DNA of 64,000 bases, from positions 96,001 to 160,000 of the IMG/VR virus record IMGVR_UViG_3300031867_004305. One strand, 5' to 3'. The translations under genes and the position numbers were made by a program. Below the pieces are notes generated by a model. That model ran no database searches. It worked only from the letters and a program-made list of their open reading frames with translations, and was not told the DNA's origin. This DNA is from a virus (Duplodnaviria; Caudoviricetes). Every line of letters begins with the position of its first letter. Position 1 is the stretch's first letter. Shown here in pieces: positions 11,287-22,100 of this stretch.

Positions 11287-11532
11287 ATGATGAAGACTTT
11301 TACGCATTATGATGAAGTGGCTGATTGGACTATTATTGACCGCAAGACCATTTATGCTTATGATACGAATGAAACTCCCATTGAAATCGTAGAAGTTCAG
11401 ATTGGCAATCTGGAAGTAATTGAAATTGAAATCAATAATAAGTATAATGCTCACACGTTGCCTATTACTCGCTGGATTACTGCCCATGAGTTGGAACGTC
11501 TGACGGAGGATGCTGGTTATATCGTATGGTAA
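11287..11532 (+). CDS. Hypothetical protein
   Basis: ORF after promoter and RBS. Confidence 0.55.
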   Translation: MMKTFTHYDEVADWTIIDRKTIYAYDTNETPIEIVEVQIGNLEVIEIEINNKYNAHTLPITRWITAHELERLTEDAGYIVW

Positions 11533-11624
11533 GTTGGATTTGGATACCTATTTCTTTAGAAATAGGAGTAGTTTTAGGTATTATTATTATAGGTTTATTT
11601 TCGGCAAATAGATAAAGGAGAAAA

Positions 11625-11828
11625 ATGAAGTATTACAACGAGGAATCTTATAGGGCTTCACAAGAAACACAACCACAAGAAGTAGTAACTGAAGAAATTG
11701 GATGCGGTTTTTGTTGGGACAAAAAGCGAAAGAGAGATAAGGAACTATTTTTTCTAGACAACGCAAATAACATGCGAGTTTGTAATTTTTGTCCTTATTG
11801 CGGCCGCAAGTATAGTGAAGTAGAGTAA
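11625..11828 (+). CDS. Small Zn-binding protein
   Basis: CGFC...CPYCGR. Confidence 0.55.
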   Translation: MKYYNEESYRASQETQPQEVVTEEIGCGFCWDKKRKRDKELFFLDNANNMRVCNFCPYCGRKYSEVE

Positions 11829-11849
11829 GGTTTATCCTTACTCTTTTTT
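11822..11849 (+). terminator. Intrinsic terminator
   Basis: AGAGTAAGG-TTTAT-CCTTACTCT followed by a T run. Confidence 0.7.
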
Positions 11850-11963
11850 ACTTTATACAGAAGAAAACAAGGTAGCCCGTCAGTAATCATCATACACTTT
11901 TTATGAAAGATATTTATATCGCGGAGGCTACCTGAATGAATGGATTTATGAATATTAGAACAG

Positions 11964-12275
11964 ATGAATGAACGTGAAGCAGCACGTAAATTAGATCATC
12001 TAATTGAACATGTAGAAAAAGAAATAGAAGCTGCCGAAAATAAAATGATGAATCTTGAAAGCATAGGATATGATATGTCTTATATCCTACAGCAACAAGA
12101 TGAAATGAAGCGTCATTATGCGGACAAAATTCGCACTATGAATGACAAAAATGCTCAATTCCGTCGTCGTAGAGAAGGCAATTATGCTAATTATAATCTA
12201 GATGACGACGATGAATGTGATGAAGAAGAATTTGGGTATTATAACAGACATAATGATTATAGATATTATAGATAA
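11964..12275 (+). CDS. Hypothetical coiled-coil protein
   Basis: ORF; the start may lie further upstream. Confidence 0.5.
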   Translation: MNEREAARKLDHLIEHVEKEIEAAENKMMNLESIGYDMSYILQQQDEMKRHYADKIRTMNDKNAQFRRRREGNYANYNLDDDDECDEEEFGYYNRHNDYRYYR

Positions 12276-12292
12276 TAAGTAGGTGATGATAA

Positions 12293-12943
12293 ATGATTAG
12301 GCTGATTCAGCGTCATTTAATCATTCCTCGCGGCGATACCGGTTCATTTACTATTCCCGCATTGGTGACTCCTGATGTGAATGATATTGTTGTATTTTCA
12401 ATTTTTGATCCTCTAACACATAGAAAAATTTTTCAGAAACGTGTTACTGCGATAGGACAAGTTATTACTATTGTATTCGCACATAATGAAACAACTAATT
12501 TACAACCAGGTAAATATGTGTGGGATGTAAAATATTATAAAAATCCTACAATTGAAGATGATGAAATAGTAGATGCAGATGAGGTCAATTCTTATTATGC
12601 AGGATTTACACTTCCTATATGCGAAATTAGAGAAACTGCGGAGGATTGGCCTATATATGAATGGTTAGCTAAGTACGATTTAGGCGATATTGTAAAAAAT
12701 ATCGCCTCTATCGTATTAGAGGATGATTATTCTTTAATGATTTATTTTACTGATGGAACAACATATAAAACAAGTAGTATACGCGGCGAAAAAGGTGATG
12801 CCGGTACTTCTTTTATTCCTTATATAGATAATAATGGTATACTTTCTTGGTCTAATAATGGTGGGAAAGAAAATCCTCCTGATATAAATATAGTAGAAGC
12901 AGTTATCGCGGCCTTACCTTCTGCCATTGGGGTGGGTTTCTAA
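12293..12943 (+). CDS. Baseplate/tail protein (BppU-like N-terminus)
   Basis: IPRGDTGSF...T.NL.PGKYVWDV motif; RGEKGD collagen-like stub. Confidence 0.5.
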   Translation: MIRLIQRHLIIPRGDTGSFTIPALVTPDVNDIVVFSIFDPLTHRKIFQKRVTAIGQVITIVFAHNETTNLQPGKYVWDVKYYKNPTIEDDEIVDADEVNSYYAGFTLPICEIRETAEDWPIYEWLAKYDLGDIVKNIASIVLEDDYSLMIYFTDGTTYKTSSIRGEKGDAGTSFIPYIDNNGILSWSNNGGKENPPDINIVEAVIAALPSAIGVGF

Positions 12944-13245
12944 TGGGATTTTATGTAGTATCTGATACGGTGCTTACCTCTATAGCGGATGCTATTAGAG
13001 TAAGGTCAGGAGAAAATAAAGAATTAATTTTCCCTACAGATTTTATTGAAGAAATTGAAACCCTCGCACAAGATTATGAAATATGGAATGGAAATTATAT
13101 CGTTACTCCTACTATCGTGGCTCAAATTTTAGAAACACAAGGAAAAGTAATGAAGAATAATATGGTAATAAATGAAATTCCATATACAGAAGTTAGTAAT
13201 ACTTCTGGCGGTAATACGGTACGCATAGGGTTTTATGGAGAGTGA
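12943..13245 (+). CDS. Tail-associated protein
   Basis: LTSIADAIR motif; IPY.EVSN..GG.TV.IG C-terminus. Confidence 0.5.
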   Translation: MGFYVVSDTVLTSIADAIRVRSGENKELIFPTDFIEEIETLAQDYEIWNGNYIVTPTIVAQILETQGKVMKNNMVINEIPYTEVSNTSGGNTVRIGFYGE

Positions 13246-13250
13246 TATAA

Positions 13251-13856
13251 ATGCCAAATACTTATAGAAATAAAGTTATATTTGGTAATGAAACTTTAAT
13301 TGATTTAACAGGCGATGACGTAAGCCGTAGTGATGTATTAGCAGGGAAAAAATTTCATTTACCAACTGGTGAGCCTACTACTGGTACCTGTGATTATGAT
13401 GCTTACACTAGTGATGCTACGGCTACAGCGGCTGAAATTTTAGCTACTAAAACTGCATATAAAAATGGTAGTAAATTAGTTGGTACAATGGCCAACAATG
13501 GTGCAGTTACAGGTACAATTTCTACTAAAACTGGTCAATATACTGTACCGCAAGGCTATCATGATGGCTCTGGTAAAGTCGGTATTGATAGTGCAGAGCA
13601 AGCTAAAATAATAGCAGAAAACATTCGTTCCGGCATTACTATTTTAGGTGTTGAAGGTACTATGAGCGGTAGTGAAGCAGTAAAAGCAACTTCTGCGACT
13701 ATTACTCCATATACTACAGCACAAACTATTACACCTTCTGATTTAGGTGATTATAATGCCATTACACAAATAAATGTCGCGGCGATTACTTATACAGAAA
13801 CTGATAATGAATTCGGTGGTGTTACAGTACAAATTGGCGATGTCATCCCTACTTGA
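13251..13856 (+). CDS. Tail fibre-associated protein
   Basis: NKVIFG..TLIDLT, TVPQGYHDGSG and ENIRSG..ILGV.G motifs. Confidence 0.6.
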   Translation: MPNTYRNKVIFGNETLIDLTGDDVSRSDVLAGKKFHLPTGEPTTGTCDYDAYTSDATATAAEILATKTAYKNGSKLVGTMANNGAVTGTISTKTGQYTVPQGYHDGSGKVGIDSAEQAKIIAENIRSGITILGVEGTMSGSEAVKATSATITPYTTAQTITPSDLGDYNAITQINVAAITYTETDNEFGGVTVQIGDVIPT

Positions 13857-13866
13857 GGTGAGATAA

Positions 13867-14127
13867 ATGGCAGTAAATAAAGTACAATTTGGCAATACTA
13901 CCGTTATGGATATTACTGATACAACCGCAGATAGTAACAGTGTACTTGCTGGTCAAATTTTTTACGCAAGTAACGGCACTAGAAGTGTAGGGAGTTTAAA
14001 TGATGCTACAACTACGACTCATGGCCTTATGACAGCAGAGGATAAGATAGCAATAGAAACTTTTAAATCTTTACGATTAAGTGTAGACGCACAAGGGTAT
14101 ATATGTCAAACAGTGGAGGTGAGCTAA
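13867..14127 (+). CDS. Tail fibre-associated protein
   Basis: N-terminus paralogous to 13251; ATTTTHGLM.AEDK repeat. Confidence 0.5.
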   Translation: MAVNKVQFGNTTVMDITDTTADSNSVLAGQIFYASNGTRSVGSLNDATTTTHGLMTAEDKIAIETFKSLRLSVDAQGYICQTVEVS

Positions 14128-14128
14128 T

Positions 14129-15103
14129 ATGCCCGATTCAACTAAAAGAATACTTACAGATGAAACAGGACAAGGTATAGTTAGCGCCCTTCAACAATTA
14201 ATAGGTGTCGTGGATCCAAATGGAACAGCAGTTGCCGCCGCGGAAAAACTAAACGGTCTAACTGTAGAAATAAATGGTTTATCAGCAGGTGCTTCTCCTA
14301 CTGCCGCCTTAACAACTGTAAATAACCATTATCATCTTGCTTTGAATGTACCAATAGAATTGCCTACTGTTACTGCTTCAAATAATGGCCAAATAATAAA
14401 GGTAGAAAATGGAGTTTATACTGTAGCTGAACCGCCAAGTGGTTTACCCACTATTACCGCAGCAGATGATGGTAAAATTTTACAGGCAGATAATGGTGAA
14501 TGGGTCGCGGGTGAAAATTTACCAGCTGAAATGGTTGGTGCCACCGCACAAAGTGATGGAGAAACTGGATTAGTTCCCGCACCAACAAGTGGTGATGTAG
14601 ACAAATTCTTATCTGGAGATGGCACATACAAGAGTGGTGGTTTACCAATGGTTATTTTATCCTATGGTAATTCTACTTGGCAAGATTTTATTAATGCTTA
14701 TCGTAATAACGTTATTGTATACTGTCGTGCTTCTTCTAATAGTAACCCAGCTACTGGTACACAAACGCGAATGGGATTTATGGCTTATGTAAATAATCAG
14801 AATAATCCAACAGAAGTTGAATTTCAATATTATCGTTCTATGAATCCAACTAATAAATCAATTAATCAAATGAGTGACCAAGTATATGTTTATAAATTAA
14901 CTTCTGCTGGCACATGGACAGTTACTAGTCGTGAAGCAAGTATAAAAAAGATAGAAGTAGCTAGTACAAGTGCTGGAAGCGTTGCTTTTGACAAAAACAC
15001 CACTGTTTTAACTATTAACAGTGGATTGCCTAGCGTCACTTCTGAAGACGAAGGTAAAATTCTAAAAGTAGTCAATGGTGTATGGACAGCGGTTGACCCT
15101 TGA
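14129..15103 (+). CDS. Tail fibre protein
   Basis: Repeated LP.VT..D.GKIL.V.NG.W units and GLVPAP..GD..KFL.GDG. Confidence 0.55.
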   Translation: MPDSTKRILTDETGQGIVSALQQLIGVVDPNGTAVAAAEKLNGLTVEINGLSAGASPTAALTTVNNHYHLALNVPIELPTVTASNNGQIIKVENGVYTVAEPPSGLPTITAADDGKILQADNGEWVAGENLPAEMVGATAQSDGETGLVPAPTSGDVDKFLSGDGTYKSGGLPMVILSYGNSTWQDFINAYRNNVIVYCRASSNSNPATGTQTRMGFMAYVNNQNNPTEVEFQYYRSMNPTNKSINQMSDQVYVYKLTSAGTWTVTSREASIKKIEVASTSAGSVAFDKNTTVLTINSGLPSVTSEDEGKILKVVNGVWTAVDP

Positions 15104-15115
15104 TGAGGTGTTAAA

Positions 15116-15391
15116 ATGAAACGAGAAATCTATGAAGTATATGCCAAAATAGTAGATGCTAATGGTGCATATAATACTTTAAGCGGCTATCCAAAAACAT
15201 TTGATAGCAAAAATTATAATAATGATTTAGATAAAACTCTATTGCGAGCACGTGGTGAGTTCTATGAAACACTCGGTGCTATGTGTAAACGAGACGATAG
15301 GCAAAAACAATTTGTATTACTTATCCGTTCAGATGGATTAGCAATCGATTCACAAAGCATCGGAGAATTGGCTGATGTTGAGATAGAATAA
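15116..15391 (+). CDS. Hypothetical protein
   Basis: RBS and ORF. Confidence 0.55.
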   Translation: MKREIYEVYAKIVDANGAYNTLSGYPKTFDSKNYNNDLDKTLLRARGEFYETLGAMCKRDDRQKQFVLLIRSDGLAIDSQSIGELADVEIE

Positions 15392-15413
15392 AAATAATAT
15401 AAGGAGGTAACAT

Positions 15414-15812
15414 ATGATGATAAAAGATATAGCATATGAGCGTCGTCGTACTAGAGATTTACTTCTTGAATACGACATAAGTATTATGCCTCCTCATCCT
15501 CGTGCAGCAGGATTAAATATGATTTATCCTTGGGAAAATATGCCAACAAGTGTTTTAAGTCATCAATTATATATGGTGGCACAACAAAATGGATATAATG
15601 GATCAGAACAATTATTTTTAGATAATTTTGGCAATTTCGTTTCTGATAAAACAGTTCTTTATGCTAGATTTATTGACTTTCCAGAAATGGGAGAAACAAA
15701 TAAATTATATTTTGATTTAGATGAAAAAATACTATATTATTGGGATGGTAAATACATTCCAGTGAACGCGATGTTAATCGCTAATACTATTATAGATGGG
15801 GGTGAAGCCTAA
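15414..15812 (+). CDS. Hypothetical structural protein
   Basis: RBS; FP..GETNKLY motif. Confidence 0.5.
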   Translation: MMIKDIAYERRRTRDLLLEYDISIMPPHPRAAGLNMIYPWENMPTSVLSHQLYMVAQQNGYNGSEQLFLDNFGNFVSDKTVLYARFIDFPEMGETNKLYFDLDEKILYYWDGKYIPVNAMLIANTIIDGGEA

Positions 15813-16762
15813 TGGCGGAGCAAAATAGTTTACGCGCAACTCTTATCATAAGAAATGATACCGCGGCTACCTGGGCTTCTAAAAATCCTAAGTTGGCAAA
15901 AGGCGAGATGGGCGTAGAAATTGATACCGGTTTGATGAAAATTGGTGATGGCTTGCTAAATTATAACGCTCTTCCCTATTTGAATGATGGAAATCAAAGC
16001 CTTGATGGTGTTTTAGTAAAATTAAATAACAATAGTCAGATTTCATTAGCTAACTTTGGTGAAAAATACTGGAAATATGATACCAACACAGGTAACATAG
16101 TTGAAGTTAATGAAACTGATCTATCTAGATGGCCTGAAACAGTAGAGCTTGAAATTCATAATGGTACTCCCCGCTGGGTCGCACCACGAGCTACTTTTAA
16201 TAAATTAGAGGGTACAATTGATGGTGTGTTAGTTACTTTAAGTAATTTGGAACCAATATATGATGCTGAAGCCGCTTCAAAGTATTATGTTGATAATACT
16301 ATAGAACAAAAAATTGCTACAGCTGGTTTATTAAGTCGTCAAATTGTATCTACGTTGCCAGCAAATCCAAGAGAAAATGTTATTTATATGATAAAAGATA
16401 ATTCCGTTACTAGCGGTGACGCATATAAGGAATACTTAGTTATAAATAATACTCTTACTCAAATTGGTGATACCACAATTGATTTGAATGGCTACGCACA
16501 AATTACCGGCACTCTTGTTCCAGGTAATTTAATCCAAGTAGGAGAAAATGGAGTTTTAATTGATTCGGGTATCGACCCAAGTGATATAGGTGCTTTAACA
16601 GTAGCCACTACTTCTAGATTAGGTGGTGTACTATCAAGTAATGCGGCGAATAGCGTATCTGTTGGGGTCACTGGTATTATGTCCTTAAATCAAGTTTCTA
16701 CTAATCTATTATACGTGCCTGATGACGGTAGCGAACTTATTTTAAATGGCGGCACAGCGTAA
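15812..16762 (+). CDS. Tail protein with Mtd_N/hyaluronidase-type N-terminal domain
   Basis: RNDTAA.W...NP.L..GE.G.E.DT...KIGDG. Confidence 0.65.
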   Translation: MAEQNSLRATLIIRNDTAATWASKNPKLAKGEMGVEIDTGLMKIGDGLLNYNALPYLNDGNQSLDGVLVKLNNNSQISLANFGEKYWKYDTNTGNIVEVNETDLSRWPETVELEIHNGTPRWVAPRATFNKLEGTIDGVLVTLSNLEPIYDAEAASKYYVDNTIEQKIATAGLLSRQIVSTLPANPRENVIYMIKDNSVTSGDAYKEYLVINNTLTQIGDTTIDLNGYAQITGTLVPGNLIQVGENGVLIDSGIDPSDIGALTVATTSRLGGVLSSNAANSVSVGVTGIMSLNQVSTNLLYVPDDGSELILNGGTA

Positions 16763-16774
16763 GGAGGGGTATAA

Positions 16775-18049
16775 ATGGCTAGTAATACATTAAAAACTAG
16801 AATACAGCTAAAATATGATACATATGTTAGATGGATAACTAGTTCTTTTGTACCTCTACTAGGTGAAGTTTGTATCGCAGAAATACCTAGCAGTTCAGCC
16901 AATAGCGGGCTTACTCCTCCCGCTATTGGTATTAAAGTAGGTGATGGTGTCCATACTTTTGCACAATTAGCTTGGATACAAGGCGTAGCCGGCGATGTCT
17001 ATGCTTGGGCAAAAGCAAGTTCTATAATCAATGAAAATACCAGTACTGATTTATTAAATTTTGTTGAAGAACATTCAACTAGTTATCAAATAGTACAGGG
17101 TACAAATGCTGATGTAAACAAATATTTCTTACAATCTCGAAATGATAGCAACGATCCTTGGACTACAGTAAGTACAATTGATTTATCAGCTACTATTTCC
17201 CGTATTCAAACTTTAGAAAGTGCAATTGGAAACTTGGGCAATGCCGCGACACATGATGTAGATTCTACTATAGATGATCTAGATGCTGACACTAATCTGC
17301 CAACTTCTGCGGCAGTAAAGAGCTATGTAGAAAGAAAATTAGGTACTATTGGCGGAGCAATGAAATTCATTGGAACCGCAACGGTAGATATTACTGATAA
17401 TACCTTCCCTGCTATTGCTAATTACACTACTCCAGAAGCGGGCGATGTAGTGCTTCGTAGCCAAAAAGAATATGTATGGAATGGAACTGAATGGCAACTA
17501 TTTGGTGCAGAAGGCGATTACGCATTAAAAACCATTACTGTAACAGGCACTAATGGACTTAGAGGCGGCGGTGCTATCAGTAGTAATCAAACTATTGAAC
17601 ACTATGTTCCTACTTCCAACGATGGCACATCAACATTAGGTTCTGCATCTGATAACAATGGTCGTACATACGTTCAAACTATTGCCACAGATAATTACGG
17701 TCATATTACCAGTGTTACTGTCGCGGCAGAAACTGTAACTGATACTCGATATGAATTAGTACAGGACCAAACAAATACCAATCAATATACCTTCCGTGAA
17801 GTTGGTGCACAATCTGGTACTACATTTACTATTTCTGAAGAAGGTACAACATACACATTTGCGGAAGGAAGTACAAACGGTGCTTTTAATGTCACTCCTT
17901 CTGATGCACAAACAGCACAGTCTGTACCTGTTCACGGCCTGACCAATATTGCCTTCGGCGGGAACACTAACTATCTCACTCAAGGAAATGATGATTATTT
18001 AGTCTTTACTTGTGGTACCGCACAAACTTTAATTGATGATGGTACCTAA
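16775..18049 (+). CDS. Tail protein with Mtd_N-type N-terminal domain
   Basis: TRIQLKYDT...W....F.PL.GE...KVGDG. Confidence 0.6.
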   Translation: MASNTLKTRIQLKYDTYVRWITSSFVPLLGEVCIAEIPSSSANSGLTPPAIGIKVGDGVHTFAQLAWIQGVAGDVYAWAKASSIINENTSTDLLNFVEEHSTSYQIVQGTNADVNKYFLQSRNDSNDPWTTVSTIDLSATISRIQTLESAIGNLGNAATHDVDSTIDDLDADTNLPTSAAVKSYVERKLGTIGGAMKFIGTATVDITDNTFPAIANYTTPEAGDVVLRSQKEYVWNGTEWQLFGAEGDYALKTITVTGTNGLRGGGAISSNQTIEHYVPTSNDGTSTLGSASDNNGRTYVQTIATDNYGHITSVTVAAETVTDTRYELVQDQTNTNQYTFREVGAQSGTTFTISEEGTTYTFAEGSTNGAFNVTPSDAQTAQSVPVHGLTNIAFGGNTNYLTQGNDDYLVFTCGTAQTLIDDGT

Positions 18050-18194
18050 TATAAGGAGGGAGAAAAAATGAGTTTAAAAGATTTATTAGGAATTGACATT
18101 GCGACTGAACGCAATGATTTTATAAATAACCAATCAGAACAAGTTTATGAAAAAGATGAAAATGGAAATCTTGTATTAGTGGAAGGTGAGGAAG

Positions 18195-19124
18195 ATGACT
18201 AACCTAAAAAAAGGTAGCAAAGGTAATGAAGTACGTATGCTACAATTATATTTGGTTGTAGTTTCAGATGGTATCTTCGGCCCTAAGACGCAAGCCGCTG
18301 TAAAAGAGTTCCAAAAAAATAATAATTTGCCTGTTACTGGCGAAGTTTCTTCTGTAGAATGGACTGTAATTGCTAAAAAATTACCTACTATTAAATTAGG
18401 TTCTACTGGTGATAGCGTAAAAATTTGGCAATACTTTATGAATGTTGAGGCTAATGGTGTATTTAGCACTGATTTGCGTGCAAAGACACGTACCTATCAA
18501 AATGTTAGTGGCCTAACTGTTGATGGAGTAGTAGGGCCAAAGACTTGGGCTAAAGCACTTATTACTGAGGAAAAAACATCCAGTAAAACTGATACTTATA
18601 ATACCCCAGGCAAGAAAAACGTGAAGCCAAATGATTATAAGCAATACGATAGCCGTTGGGGTTCTGTAATTTATACACAGAACAATACCTACAATAAAAC
18701 TCAAACCATTCGTAATTCTGGTTGTGGCCCTTCTTCTATGTCTGATATAGTTTCCACTTGGTGGGATAAGTCAGTCACTCCAAGGACTTTAGCCGCACTT
18801 TCAGTAGCAAATGGCTACCGCACAAAGAGTAGCGGAACAGATTGGGGTTTCTTCAAGTTTTGTGCGAAAAAGTACGGAGCAAGTAAATTCGTTCAGACTA
18901 CTTCTTACGCTACTGCTGAAGAAGCAATTAAAAATGGTGCCTATGTTGTCAGCTCAATGAAGCCCGGCCTATGGACTAAAGGAGGCCACTTCATTTGCTG
19001 GTGGTGGGTTGATGACACTTATGTATATGTAAATGACCCAGCTTCTTCTGCTTCTGCTCGTGCGAAAGCAAAGAAAAAGTTAATGAAAGAACAATGTAAA
19101 CAATACTTTATTTTTTATAAGTAA
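18195..19124 (+). CDS. Endolysin-like protein: two peptidoglycan-binding domains plus C39-like peptidase
   Basis: DGIFGPKT.AAVK.FQ and DGVVGPKTW repeats; QYD.RW, SGCGP, GHF and VNDP motifs. Confidence 0.8.
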   Translation: MTNLKKGSKGNEVRMLQLYLVVVSDGIFGPKTQAAVKEFQKNNNLPVTGEVSSVEWTVIAKKLPTIKLGSTGDSVKIWQYFMNVEANGVFSTDLRAKTRTYQNVSGLTVDGVVGPKTWAKALITEEKTSSKTDTYNTPGKKNVKPNDYKQYDSRWGSVIYTQNNTYNKTQTIRNSGCGPSSMSDIVSTWWDKSVTPRTLAALSVANGYRTKSSGTDWGFFKFCAKKYGASKFVQTTSYATAEEAIKNGAYVVSSMKPGLWTKGGHFICWWWVDDTYVYVNDPASSASARAKAKKKLMKEQCKQYFIFYK

Positions 19125-19158
19125 GGTTGGCTGAAACGATGCCAAGGAAGTGATTTTT

Positions 19159-22100
19159 ATGGCACATAACACCATAAAAACGAGAATTCAGTTGAAAAAT
19201 GATACTGAAGCACATTGGAATTTAGCAACGAACTTTATTCCACGCGAGGGTGAGATCATCGTCTATTCAGCTGATGGATCTCACCCTTTTTCTCGTTTAA
19301 AAGTTGGTGATGGAAATACAAATGTTGTAAATCTTCCATTTATTGACGCGGGCACAATAAATGGAAGTATACCTACTTTTACAGATACTAACACCACTTA
19401 TACTTTTTCTTCTTTACCAAATGGTGATGGTATTCATATACTTTCTTCTGACGATCAAATTCAAATTGTAGAAAGTGAGCCTGATAGTAATGGAGGAATA
19501 GTTGTAACTATAGGAGAAAATGCGAATGAAGCTATTGTAAGAATGAATGCTGCGTCAGATGCTATGCGGTTTTTAGGTACAACTTCCACTTCTATTAGTG
19601 ATGGAAATACTACAGCTACTATTACTTTAGGCTCAACCTCTCACACAGCAACTACAGGTAATGTGGTGGTTAGTAATGGCGTAAAATATGTTTGGGATGG
19701 TACTGCATGGCGAACTCTTTCTTCAAATCTTGATACTTATTTTTCGCAAACAGGCGATATGATTTATAAGGACGCACAAGGTATAGCAACTCTAAGTATA
19801 GGGCAGAATGGAAACTTCTTAATGGTAAATAATGGAGTACCATATTGGGGTTCTTTATCTTTACCTACTGCGACTGATACCGTAAGTGGTATCACAAAAC
19901 TTGGTGCGACAGGCGGTGCCGCGACTTATTCCCATAGTCACGGAAATATAAATAGTGATGGTACTTGGAGCGGTGGTGCCGGCATTATAGTTGCGGATAG
20001 CAATGGTACGCTTTCAACCGCTACTATAAGCCCATCATCCAGTGAAAGTTCTACTTCTACTGATAAATATGTTTCTAATGTAACACAAGATTCGAGTGGC
20101 AGTATCGCTGTTACGAAGTCTCCACTCCCCGAAGCTTCTACTTCTACTAAAGGCATGGTATTCTTGGGTGCGAGTGGTGGTGCCGCGAGATATGAAGATA
20201 TAGTGACCGCCGCCGCGATAAAGCAAGATTTGGGTATAGTAACTGGCGATAATTCCTCTGCTTTTTTGAGAAAAGATGGCAGTTGGATTGTTCCTGATAA
20301 TACTACCTATACCGCTGCGACAAATGGTGGTTTGGCACTTAGCGGAACAGCCTTTAGTGTGGCAGAAGGAGGTATTACGAATGGTATGCTTGTGGGAAAT
20401 ATTAGTAGTGGAAAATTGGCAAATGATGCTACTATTACTATTGGCACCCAGAGTATAAAAGTTGGTAATAGCTTTGATTTGAGTACCATCGCCGCAGATT
20501 TAGGAATTACTGGCTCTATGACTTTCGTAGGTATTACCAGTACTAATCTAGAAGATGAAAGTACAACTTCCACTCTTGTTGAAGAAAGCACTGGCAGTCT
20601 TACCAAGAGAACTAACTTTATTGCTGGTGATGTAGTAATATCAGGGCATTATGAATTTATTTGGACTGGAAGTAAATGGGAAAAATTGGGCGGCGATAGC
20701 TCATATAAAGTTTTACAAGATACAGCCGTATCAAGTCCCGCAACAGTAGGCACAGATACTGCTTTTATCGCTACTATTAGTCAAAATGTAAATGGTGATA
20801 TTACCGCGACTAAAGCCGCGATACCCGAAGCCTCTACATCCCAAAGAGGTATTATACAAATTGCTACTCCTGACGCTAATGGAGTAGTAGGTAGTAGTGA
20901 TATTACGGCAAATGAAAAGGCAGCCGCAGGTAATCATACCCACTACTATGCGGGAAGTGCTACTGTAGGTGGTCCTGCCGCGGAAGTCGCACAAACTTTA
21001 AAATTAGAGTTTGGCCCTTCAAATAATACTTTTTCTGGTGTTGAAGACGCAAACCAATATACCTATAAAGGAGATACAGCTAAAACTGTTCGTGTAGTGC
21101 CAGGAACAGATTTGGAAATTACAGCCAGTAGCAATAGAGTAGTAATCAATCACGCCGCAGCCGCAGAAGCAAATGGCGATGCTCTTTCTACACCTAATAC
21201 AGCTCAAACCCCTGCTTTTGGAGCAACATTTAATATACCTGTTGTGAAAAAGAACGCACGCGGGCATATTACTGCTTTGGATACTACAACTGTTACTATA
21301 CCTGCGTTTCCAAGTTTAAGCGACACCGATGCTTATACTGGAGTATTGCCTATTACAAAAGGTGGTACTGGTACAGGTGTATTAAACGCGGGAGAAGCCG
21401 GTTCAGTTGTTGTGCGTGAGTTAAGTGGTGAAACACTTAGCACTCGTACTATAGTTAATAATACTACACCTACCGCCGCGGTAAGTAGCACTGGAATACC
21501 CACTATGGCTACATTGACAAATACCTTAACTAAAATTAATGGTCTTTCTCAAAGTGGAGACATAGGTACTAATAATAGCGGTATTTACGCTCCTACTAGT
21601 GCTGGTAGTTCTGGACAATTTTTAAAATCTAGTGGTACTGGTGCACCTACTTGGGAAACTGTAACTATTCCCGCCATTACACTAAATAATGCTGTGACTA
21701 ATTCACCTAATTTTTATGCTCCTACTACTTCCGGGGCTGCAGGAGATGTATTAGTTTCAAATGGTACTAGTCAAGCACCTAGTTGGAGTACATTTAAAAG
21801 TTTAGTTTTAGAAACAATTTATCCAGTTGGTAGTATTTATATTACTACGGATGCTACTAGTCCAGCCACTTTATTCGGCGGGACTTGGGATAGGTATGCT
21901 CAGGGCAGAGTTTTGCTTGGATATAGTAGTTCCAGTGTTAGTGATGGTACTAATAGTATGACATTTGATACTCTCGGAGCAACTGGTGGTAAATTCTATG
22001 TACCAGGTGTTGTAAACCATAATCATAGTATCACTGGTAGCGTTGGAGGTAGTGATGGAACTCATACACATGGAAGTAGTATGACCGGATTATCAATTAG

